A DNA stretch of 53,447 nt, the filler included, from Ionaspis alba (lineage: Eukaryota), in the NCBI GenBank assembly GCA_964255285.1. It is 3 parts of 3 records of this genome, joined end to end, with 100 filler letters (N's around TTAATTAATTAA, not from the genome) between each part and the next. Parts side by side here need not be neighbours in the genome. Positions count along the whole stretch, not along the records: positions 1 to 17,791 come from CAXUUL010000311.1; positions 17,892 to 35,679 come from CAXUUL010000312.1; 1 more part is not named here. One strand, given 5' to 3'. Numbering within the stretch: the first letter of the stretch is position 1; the number at the start of each line of letters is the position of its first letter. Below, one piece after another: positions 12,252 through 22,570 of this stretch. The translations under genes were made by a program, and so were the position numbers. Below the pieces are notes generated by a model, which was not told where the DNA came from, did no database searches, and saw only the letters and a list, made by a program, of their open reading frames with translations.

Positions 12252-13650
12252 TCACACATGCCTTGTAGTCGTAGGAGGAGTCTCCCAATGGCGCAAGAGT
12301 TGCGTGAGAGCAGCTGTCCATCCAGTCATACAAGCAGTAGACAGTTGCGTGGTCTCAGCGGCCGTGGGTGTTTTGCCTCCCCACATTTCTGGCTTGGCTG
12401 CAAGAAGTCGAGCATGCTTGGGGATTAGAGCCCTGAGACAAAGCGTCAGAACGTTTGCCTGGGGTGGTTAAGAATACCCCAAGGTATGAATGGGGATGTT
12501 AGGAGAAGCAAGAAAGATGGTGATGTTTTGATGAGAAACCCAGGAAAAATCGGAAGCTAGGGTAGAAGCGATGGACAAACTTACGTATCTTTCGCTTTTA
12601 CCAGCACCAGCCAAGCATAGTTCCAGCTCCTTGAACTTTGGACGTCTGAAATGACAGCCCATTTGGCCTCATCGAGACATTCAGAGGCGAACGGATAGGA
12701 CCTTGTGAGAGCTCGCAGCTCGCTAAGAAGGTTGTTGGAGTTGACATAGTGCGCCCAAGCAGAAGTCATGGCTACGTTGACATCTGGTGTCCAGGAAGCG
12801 GCCAGAGCTCTCTCGATGCGGCGAAGATCGACCAGGGTATTGACACGGCGGTCGTTGAGTGAGCTGATCATACTGGCTTTCTCTCTCTGGAAATTGGTTA
12901 GTCATCCTGGGGACGTAATGCAGATTAAGCATGTAGGGCCATTGATAGAGCTCGGAGATAACAGATACGTAGGAGGTAGGTGCTGACAATATGACTTTGG
13001 GAAACAGGGTTTTGAGGATCAACAAAGTGTACTCGCTTCAAGGGGTCCAAACTCGTGGTTTGTGTGTGTTACACGATTGTGGCGCATCTACGTCAGATGA
13101 AGTCTTGCAAAACCAGCGGTGAGTGACCATTGTATCTGATGAGTAATCGGCAGTAGATGCGCATTTCTCGAACAGGAAAGAAGATGATCGAAGCGTAAAT
13201 GAGATGTAAGATTGCTGACCTGACTCAATGGTGTTGAACTGCTCATATTGGATAGGTTGTCAAAGGTAGACGGTCTAGACGCAAGAGAATTGAAGACGAA
13301 ACTTCCCTAGCATATGGAAATGAGCACTGGAGCTCGGAGTTTGGACAAGGGAAACATACCGCAGTGGAAGATTGGCTGGAGGACGGTGGTCCAGAAATCG
13401 ATGGCGCTGGAGACGGAGAGTACTGGTATCGCGGTGTAGACGTTGGGGCCGGATGACTCGTGCCCTGAGGTATTGGAGAATAAGGAGAAACGTATGGCGT
13501 AGGAGAGTTTGAGGAAGTGATTGGAAGTCTGGGACTTTGAGAACCGCGCCGGCTTGATGCTATCTGACTGGACGGTGGTTCGAGGTGGTCCCTTGGTGAA
13601 GGACTTTCGTGCTGGCTGCCTGAGACTGATGGAAAGCGCGATGTAGACAT
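12252..13650 (-). CDS. Hypothetical protein, Ser/Pro-rich N-terminus plus a Trp-rich helical domain, 4 exons (13360-13650, 13220-13306, 12585-12886, 12252-12432), ~286 aa
   Basis: Phase-compatible GT-AG introns give ..TPLSQREKASMISSLNDRR..WAHYVNSNNLLSELRALTRSYPF..SWNYAWLVL..KPEMWGG..LLRHWETPP. The second intron (333 nt) is the least certain. Confidence 0.7.
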
Positions 13651-14269
13651 TGAGGTCTTGATGCTCCGCTTTTATTGGCAACTTGAGATATCAAAAGAAC
13701 GACCCTTTCCAGTTTGACACGAAGAATTTCTCGGACACGAGAATATACGAGTAATGAACAATAGAAGCGACACTTCTCGGGGAGCAGCATCACGGAATAT
13801 AAGGATGGATCGGAATTGTTAGGGCTAGGGAAAACCCTGGTGCGAGGACCACGACGAGCTGTGCTCTCCCCTGAATCGACAACAAGTTCAAGAACCAATG
13901 AAAACATATTTTAGATCAAGGATCTCATCATTGAGATGAGAAGTAAACATCATTCCAAGGAATCATGTAAAGCGGAATAAGCAGTATCACGAAGCAAAGG
14001 TTTGGAAGCTTCTGCACGAAGTCTCATTTGCCAGCTCACATAATGAGAACAACAGCAGGGCTAAAGAAGCTCACTGTTACAGCCCCAAATTTCTACAATC
14101 TGATGCCATCTTTGAAGAAGGGCCCGCCGCAGTGGGCCGTGGACTGTCGCGTGGAAGACCAGGATCTTGGACTCAGCCCGATAGACATTCTTAAGATGTG
14201 CAGATACTGGTAGATCGAGTGGCCCGGCGAACAGGTCTGACTGTTCATAGCAATCCGCCCAAGCCGCTA

Positions 14270-14369
14270 NNNNNNNNNNNNNNNNNNNNNNNNNNNNNNN
14301 NNNNNNNNNNNNNNNNNNNNNNNNNNNNNNNNNNNNNNNNNNNNNNNNNNNNNNNNNNNNNNNNNNNNN
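14270..14369. other. Scaffold gap (100 N) with an identical 55-nt sequence on both sides (14215-14269 = 14370-14424)
   Basis: An exact duplication flanking a fixed-length gap is typical of an unmerged contig overlap. Confidence 0.9.
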
Positions 14370-16377
14370 TCGAGTGGCCCGGCGAACAGGTCTGACTGTT
14401 CATAGCAATCCGCCCAAGCCGCTAAATGAGATTGAGCTGTTCTTGCAGTCCAGTGATCACAGAGTGAGCAATCTTGAGATACAGAATCATCTGAAATCAC
14501 CATTGACTCTTTCCATTCTGGAGATTGAGTCACCCTCGGATCGATGCATATTCAGAGTCGCTCATGGCCAACGAAAAAAGCAATTAATTCTCCAACGTTA
14601 GGAGAGCCTAAGGTTCTAGTGATGGTGTCACAGAGTGCTCCCGGCGACTATCGCTTAGGTCGGATCAACTTCCAGTTTCGGGGCCGCTGAACCGGATGCC
14701 GCTCGATCCGACTGAACGGTAAGAATGAGTAGATTGGGTTAGCACCAATCTGACAGCTTGCTATATTTGTTTATCGAACTCAGGCTGCATAGGCACTAAA
14801 GTTGGTGTCATCTTGCTTTTGGACCCTTCCAAGTGCCGAGAACACTGTATATCAGACGTTCTCGGTGGTCAAGCCTCTGACACCAAGCGTCCGTGTTGAC
14901 CTGAGTCACAGCCGACCAAGTGGAGACAACGTCATTGTTCGAGCATACAGTTTCCTGTGCGCAAAGGAGTCTTACCATTGGTACACTTGAGCTCTCTTCG
15001 TATCCTCACCGTGGAGCTTTCAGAAGACATGGACATGGTGGGCCTCGTTGCTGTCTACAGATCCTGAAAATATTCGTAGCAAGACTTGAAGGATTTGGTC
15101 AAGACCACGATGACCAATTGACCAGTGGCCGATGTAGAGGGCAGGCCGGCCAGGCTCGTCCTTGGAACGTCCATATAAGCATCAGCCCTGATCATCACTG
15201 CATTCGATGCGTAATTGAAAACAATACCCCTGACCTTGGTTATGTTCCCGTACCTGATCAGATACGCGCTGACTGCCCCCAGTATGTTAGACGTTGGATG
15301 ATGACGAGGCTGCGCGCGTGTTAAACACATGGGCATTTGTCAGTAGGAACATAAGAGAATCCTCGCCAAGCCAAGCATTTTTTGTAGTGGATAGATAAAC
15401 TATGGACATTCCATAGGTCAACGTTCTTTCTTTGATTGAGTTGTCTTTGGCCATGCACGGTCCAGATTTTGCCATGTTGGTGATGGTCTATTGAGCAAAT
15501 GAGTAATAATCCTCAGGGATTGGCCAGAGTGGTGTTCAGCGTCGAGTCCGTCAGAGCGTAGCTAACCTCTGAGCACATCAGCTCCTGAGGCGCAGGGATT
15601 TCCTCTTTAGGAGATCTCCGACCCAAAATGTCACAGGCATGAAAGGAGTATTCCCATTTGGGCCTCGAGCCAACAGGGGGTTAGACGTAAAATATCTTGG
15701 TATCCACGTCAACGACGACGCCTCATCAAAGCTGCAATATGTTGCTGATGCCACATTTTCGCACGCGACGGAATGGCATATTACCGGTATCTGATGATAC
15801 GAATGGGCAAACCGATGATTGTCTTTCTGTCAGAAATTACAGCCCTGTCCACAGTGCCGCGGCGGCCCTTCCCAGTGCATGTCCCAGCTCCGGTAATAGA
15901 AGTCAAGGCAAAATCACGACTTCTTGAGTGCAACTACAGACTACCCAGATTACGACTGTACTGCCCATCTACATTGTTCTATTCGCGGATGGCACTCCTC
16001 ATTGGATGTTGTCGCGCTTTGCATTAACATTAGCATTGACGGTGGCACAGTGGCATTCGCATGAAACACCAGCTGATTCATCGTTCAGTGCACCTGCTCT
16101 TGCCTAGAAAGCTCATACTCAGGCCAAACGCACGCTACCACGATGACAATGCAAAGCGCCTGCGTATACCGTGTGATCCCAATGCCTTCTACGGGCTCAG
16201 ATGTTTTGCTTTGGCAATGCGATCTCAAAGTCGCTTGGCAATTTCAGGGATAAGATATATGCCATATCCACATCCTTCTGTTTGTTACTGTTGGTGTCTC
16301 TCTGTATCATTGAAGCTGTTGTTTAGACTGTAATCAATATCATCTCCTTTCAATCAATCTCTTGTCTTTTCTTCACA

Positions 16378-17452
16378 ATGTTTCCAAATCTCTTGAGACT
16401 TGGCGCATATGCTCCCATTTTCCTCAGTCTGGCACTGGCACAAATACCTTCTGATCTGTCCTCTGGATTTGACCCGTCTTCCATCACGTTACAAGTCAGC
16501 TTCAATGGCAATAGTGCCAATGGATTCGCGGACGGTACTAAGTTTACCGCCAAAGGTCGGTCAGAGCTTCAACGAAATGTATAAACCAGCTGCTGATACC
16601 AACACAGACACTTCTTCCGCTCCGACGTTCGCGCTGGGCGACTCATCGGGTGTGAATACAGCCATCTCTTTTGTCATAATACTTCTAGACACAACAACAA
16701 ACAATCGAGTCCTCCATTACGCTCAAGCAGACTTCAAAGCCGACGGCGATAAGACCGGCATCGCTTCATCATCGCAACCAGCGCTTTCCTACAAAGCTCC
16801 GGGTACCCTGGGAGAGTCAGGCTCAAGGCAGTACAGCTTCTTGATGTATGAGCAAAATGGAGATGTCAAGCTACCTTCGGCTGGACAAAATTTCGATGCA
16901 AAGCAGTTCGAGAGCAGCAACGGGTTGAACGCTGCGCTTGCTGGAATCTCCATGAACGTTGATACAGGATCTGGTTCGGGCTCCGGTCAACAAACAACAG
17001 CAGCGGCGTCCACCCTCCAGCAATCTACGACTCAAGAGGCCTCTGGTACAACTGAAAGCACAGCCAGCGCAACACCTCCACCAGGAATGACAACAGACAC
17101 TACGGTCACGACGATGGAGATGACACAAGGAGACACAGCTGCTGTGCCGACTGCTACGCCCCAGTCTCTACCTCCCATGGGAACGTCTCCTTTGATGACC
17201 GCCACAGATGGCGGCAGCCCTATCATGCCTGGTTCTGGCTCAATGTCCTCGGACATGTCGATGGCTCAAAGTACGTCCATGACGCTGGCGACATCGACTG
17301 TGCAGAACGCGACTGGTGGTGCGGCAACGGCAAGTAGTAGTACAAGCCCTAGCCGAGCAGTGTCCACGAGCAATGATGCAGTCTCGAGATTGAAAGGACC
17401 TCAGGTTGTGATGTGGACGCTTCTTGGTCTTGCAGTACGATATCACTACTAG
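16378..17452 (+). CDS. Secreted, probably GPI-anchored PEBP-like protein with Ser/Thr/Met-rich stalk, 2 exons (16378-16555, 16608-17452), ~340 aa
   Basis: Signal peptide ending LALAQ and intron GTCGGT..CTGAT..CAG. PEBP-like segments FVIILLD..VLHY and YKAP..RQYSFLMYEQ..FDAKQF. S/T-rich region, then a hydrophobic C-terminus after SND. Confidence 0.75.
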
Positions 17453-17791
17453 GTCTGGCTGGGTCTGGGTACAGCATTTTTGGGAAAACATGAATCATCT
17501 TGTTAAAGCGAAAGCATCGTAATCTGGAGTCGGAGTTGAGCTTATGCGTCGGATATATATGTTCGTATTGGAAGCCTCTAGTCATTTAGTTGAAGTTTTA
17601 GCTGCAAATGATCAACATGATCTCCAGTCTTCTTGGGGTGGAACTCTTGATATTGCGCCACGGTGAGATCAGTCAGCGTTACAGCTGCAGTGAGAAATTG
17701 TTGCGTTCTAAAGTAAGTGCCACAAGAGCACTGCATTGACATAGCCTTCGTTTATACGAGTTCATCGGAGTTCGGTGCTTTGAGCCCTGAC

Positions 17792-17891
17792 NNNNNNNNN
17801 NNNNNNNNNNNNNNNNNNNNNNNNNNNNNNNNNNNTTAATTAATTAANNNNNNNNNNNNNNNNNNNNNNNNNNNNNNNNNNNNNNNNNNNN
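17792..17891. other. Artificial scaffold linker (N44-TTAATTAATTAA-N44)
   Basis: The all-frame stop spacer TTAATTAATTAA at 17836-17847 is embedded in Ns. Confidence 0.97.
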
Positions 17892-17893
17892 AT

Positions 17894-19939
17894 ATGGCTC
17901 CTTTGTTCTTGGGGGGAGGCAATGCTAGTTCAGCGAAGTACTTTCAGATAAGGTGGGTAGGTGTTCGAACACTTAAGCGCGCACAGAGGATATCTTATGG
18001 AATGCGAGCTGACTCTGCTTACGGACAGATTAGACCAGTCGAGCCTCATCCTTCGCGGAGAACCAGACGAATCCCCAAGTGCTTTACTCAAAGGAACACT
18101 CGTTCTTTGTCTTTCAGAGCCTCTCAAAGTGCAAGGTATACATTTGCGCTTCACCGGGGAAGCGAAGGTCGAGTATGTCAGCGAAGGGGCAGCCATGGCA
18201 TCAAGAAAGATGGGCTGATGTGACGGAACAGTTTTCCCTGTCTGCCAATACGGAATGGTGTCACGAGGAAGTTGCAAGAGACGGAAATACTGAAAAAATG
18301 CTGGGACTTTGTCAAGCCTGAGAAGGGGCATACGGTCACCCTGCCAGCAGGCAATTATGAATATCCTTTCCAGTATATTGTGCCAGGCAATGTTCCGGAA
18401 AGTCTCGAGGGTTTGAAAAATGGCTGGATCATATACCGCTTGAAGGCTACCATTGAACGTGGGAGGTTTGCCAAGGACGTCTATGCACGGAAACATGTTA
18501 GGGTTATTAGGACGTTTGATCCTAGTGCCTTGGAACTTGCGCATAACATGGTGTGTACGGTCTCTCTGTTGAGATAAAGCACAGAGTACTGATAAGGCGT
18601 AGTCGGTGGAGTCGGTCTGGCCAAACAAGATCGCCTACAACATCTCTACTCTTAGCAAAGCCTCCATCTTCGGTACCAACGTTCAACTCGACTTCAAAAT
18701 TATTCCCCTGCTCAAAGGACTCAAGATTGGCAAAATCGAGTGCTTTCTTTTCGAACGACAAGATTTTGAAGTCGAGCAAGAGGCTCTAAGTGACAAGTAC
18801 TATCAAGTCAGCCGGGTTGTGGCCGAAGATGTCTGGGAGCTGGACGAAGATGTCGAGACGGAGGACATTGACGGGCAGGATGGATACGTATTTTCGAGGT
18901 GCTTGCAACTCCCGAAGAATTTGAAGGACTGTGTTCAGAGTATCGATACGCATGGTATCAAGGTCAAGCATCAGATCAAGTTCGTTGTTGGATTGCTAAA
19001 TCCGCCACACCCTGGTGGGCACAAGTCAGAGGTAAGATTACATTTCCATTCCTAGGCGTACCCGTCAGCGAAGTCATCAGGACTTGTAAGGCGCCTTGGC
19101 CATTGACTAACGCATAATCATTATTACAGCTCAAAGCAGCATTACCAGTTCAAATCTTCATATCCCCAAACATGCCCCTAAACGACAACAACGAAATCGT
19201 CAGCCAATCACCCGCTCAAGTCTCAACATTGACCACCATGGCCAACGCCCCACCCACCTACGGCGAACACAGCTTCGACCAACTCTACAGCGACGTCGAC
19301 CCCAGCGGATACATGACCCCCGGCGCAACTAGCGGCTTCAGCACACCCTTCGCCCAGAGCCGACGCGGCTCCCACGAAGACATGACCTCCATCGGCGCCG
19401 GCACAGACAGCGAACTCGTAGCCAACACCCTGCACAACCGCCTCCACAGCCTCCAAAATCTCGCCTTCGGCCACCGCACCCGTCAACGCTCCACCCCCTC
19501 AGGGCATGCAACCCCCGCTTACGGCTCCATCGACGCAACCCCCGATCCCGACCACTCATCCCGCGCTAGCTCAATCCCCCACATCAGTTACTTCCCACGG
19601 CAAGATGGCAGCAGCAGTCGCGGAAGCCACAGCAATCCCCTCTCGCGGAGGGGATCGGACGAGCATACCGGGTCCTCGGCACCGATGACGCCGCAGCATG
19701 TTGAGTATAATAACGACGATTTATGCAAGGTCCCGAGTTACAATACGGCACTTCAGGGCCCGTTGCCAACGCCCTATAGCGAGGATTTGCCGAATTATAG
19801 GACTGCGATTAGTAGACCACCCAGTCCGCCGCCGCCGATGCCGCAGGTGCCGGGCGCGGTACATGTGGGGAGCGGTGGGGTGGATAGTGCGAGTAGTTCG
19901 ACGACGCTACATCCGGGTGATTATGGGCGGCAGGGCTGA
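17894..19939 (+). CDS. creD: Alpha-arrestin, CreD/Rod1-like Rsp5(HulA) adaptor, 5 exons (17894-17952, 18029-18172, 18232-18550, 18603-19031, 19130-19939), ~586 aa
   Basis: KYFQIRLD..LKGTLVLCLSEPL, LPAGNYEYPF..PESLEGL..YRLKATIERG, WPNKIAYNIS, HKSELKAALPV. PY-type motifs PPTY, VPSY, LPNY. All introns GT-AG in phase. Confidence 0.9.
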
Positions 19940-20290
19940 GTGTTTTGGTGAATTGGAAACTTTGGGATTGATTATACCCCAGATTNNNNNNNNNNNNNNN
20001 NNNNNNNNNNNNNNNNNNNNNNNNNNNNNNNNNNNNNNNNNNNNNNNNNNNNNNNNNNNNNNNNNNNNNNNNNNNNNNNNNNNNNCCATTAGTCGTGACT
20101 GGAGCTTGGCGCTTTGAGCTAGGGTTTGCAGTATGACATCAGAGGCAGTTTTCTAGAACATGATCGTCGTTGCTAGATTTGAATAACAATATATATCCCC
20201 TCGTCTTCCAATTTGACCTTTTCGTCTGATGAGACTGCTTTGAGTATCATACAGTATCATACAGTATCAAATACTTGAGCACACGTCAAG

Positions 20291-21927
20291 ATGTCGACAT
20301 ATCCACCAGAGAAAGCAGGACAAGCGGGTTCGCACACGCTGCCTACCAGAACCACAGGGGAATCGGTATCAGACGACGATGCGGTCCCTGATGCCAATCC
20401 AACCGATGTGTGTAAAAATCGCCAGCAACACAAAAGAATGCTCAGCTTACGAAGGTGTTGCAGACCGCTGGGCTGCTGATGGAACGCCTGCAAGCTTGGA
20501 AACATGCATGCGGATACCTCGAAGATTATATCACCGCTACTGAAAAAATGCAGAAGGCACATTCGAAGGAGTATGAGAAAGTTCTCAAGGAAAGTGTCGG
20601 TTTTCCAGAGAAAATAGTGTGTTTAACTAACATTTTATTATTAGACGATTTCACATCCGCTGAAAGAGGGCCATCATTTTGATCAGAGTCTGGGGGGCAT
20701 TGCAGGTCTGTTCGAGAACATGAGATCCAACACTCAGGTATGATGTGCATTACCTCCGATAGGATCTATTCTCACCGGTATCAGGGAATAGCGAATTCCC
20801 ACCTCGAAACCGCGAAGAATCTCTCGGGATCCGTCCTCCCGCTCCTCACACGACTCCACTCTGAGATCAAGAACAAAAACAAGGAGCTATCGAGTGGTGC
20901 AGCGAAGGGTGCCAAAGGTGTAGCTGCCGCACGAAATGACACGCAGAAGTACATCGAGCTCCTTGGCCAGCACTCTGCAGCATTCGATGCATCCGGAGGG
21001 AAACTCGACGCTTCAAATGATCCATATGTTATTCATCGAGGCATCCAGTACCGACTTCATAAACAGGTGCTAGAGGAGAATAACAGTCGTCAAGATCTTC
21101 TCTCCGTGCAGAGCAGCTTCCAGGCTTTCGAAGGACACATTATCCAGACCATCCAACAAGCATTAAGCGCATTTAATCAACAGGTTGGGGGCCAGGCCGA
21201 ACGGCAAAGAGCCTTGTACACCGACATGATTGGCACGAGCTCGCGAATCCCACTGGACTTTGAATGGTCAAAGTTCTTGCATCGCAACGGAAGCCTGATG
21301 ATTGACCCATCTGCTCCACAAAGATCAATGGAGCATATCTCATACCCAAATCAGAACCATCGCTCCACACAACCACTCATCTCAGGAACCCTGGAACGAA
21401 AGAGCCGGGCGATGGGAGCCCTGACTGGCTACAAGACCGGTCACTACGTCGTCACCGCTGCCAAATACCTCCACCAATTTGACGACGACGACAACTTCCG
21501 CAAAGAACCCACTCCCGAGCTTTCCCTCTACCTCCCCGAATGCACCATCGGGGCCGTCTCAGGCGAGAAATTCAACATCAAAGGTAAAGACGTCTCCAAA
21601 GGTAAGGTCGGCACGGCACTTCAGATGAGCCATGAGTTTTCTTTCAAAGCTCACACACCCGCCGATGCTCAGAAGTGGCATGCCATTATCTCGGAGGCTG
21701 CTGGCTCCGGTAATGTCACGACTGATCTTCCAAGCGCGGAAAATAGTCCTACTAGTCCCAGAAATGTTAGCGGACCACCAGCTTATGGCGAGAAGCAGGC
21801 GCCGCCAGTGCAAACGCAGGGTTTGCCGGCTGGACAAGGCCAGAGCAGTGCGACGCCTCATAGTGCGACGACTGCCCCGCAAAGTGCTGGAGGTGCTGCA
21901 ACACATAGCCCTGTGGTTGGGAAGTAG
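20291..21927 (+). CDS. Slm1-like BAR-PH domain protein, 4 exons (20291-20407, 20464-20589 or 20595, 20645-20737, 20785-21927), ~492-494 aa
   Basis: LMERLQAWKHACGYLEDY helical region, DPYV, PH domain GTLERKS..YVVTAAKYLHQF..PELSLYLPEC..FKAHTPADAQKW. C-terminal PPAY. Confidence 0.85.
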
Positions 21928-22570
21928 GGGTTGAGAACTGAGAGGATACGATAGCGCGAAGGCAGCAACATTGATTATGTGCATGAACTCTGTCGTTAGT
22001 GTTTTTGCTCTGTTCATAGCGATTGCTCCGCAAATGTAATATTGCATATAGTCATACAATCTAATGTTCGTCAACCTGGACTCCATTGCATGTCGAACGC
22101 ATTGTCATCAGTAGACATGCACTTGGTGAAGTGAATTGTGCCAGTGGATTGCTGGTAGTCGCCAAACAACATGGGAAATGATAGGTGGCGAGTAACACAA
22201 CAGCATGGGAAAGTTGTTGTGTTGTCACAAGAAAACGAATTTCGGTAAAAAGCCCCTGCCGCGCTCGGCGACTTTAGCGTCATGGCTTGGCCGCCTGCTT
22301 GTGAGCTAGTTCTAACCTGGAATTGTATCATCAAGTNNNNNNNNNNNNNNNNNNNNNNNNNNNNNNNNNNNNNNNNNNNNNNNNNNNNNNNNNNNNNNNN
22401 NNNNNNNNNNNNNNNNNNNNNNNNNNNNNNNNNNNNTCGTATATTTGGTCGAAGGACAATATCGAATTTGAATTTGGTCTCCTTATGTCTCTTGGCAACT
22501 ATAACCGGTTCACCGTCATAGTTATTTGACATCCGCAGCAATCACAAGCTAATTGATTTTTACCCTACAG

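Noticed and set aside
13036..13087. Extra exon (MRHNRVTHTNHEFGPLE) with a GC donor inside the long intron of the 12252-13650 gene
   Set aside because: Direct splicing from 13220 to 12886 is already in phase and canonical. The extra exon needs a GC donor and has no supporting similarity.
14215..14424. 55-nt perfect direct repeat, possible LTR or target-site duplication
   Set aside because: It abuts both sides of a fixed 100-N gap, so it is best explained as an unmerged contig overlap (the length matches a common assembler k-mer).
14600..16340. Several 60-134 aa ORFs and an 8-bp inverted repeat (GTCGGATC/GATCCGAC, ~14659-14712)
   Set aside because: No recognisable motifs, splice structure, tRNA cloverleaf or TIR/TSD arrangement. 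Consistent with intergenic sequence.
17836..17847. TTAATTAATTAA palindrome-like element (also 35724-35735)
   Set aside because: Synthetic stop-codon linker within Ns, not biological.
20244..20269. GTATCATACA tandem repeat; also (TAGCA)3 near 41099-41113
   Set aside because: Ordinary low-copy slippage repeats in leader regions.
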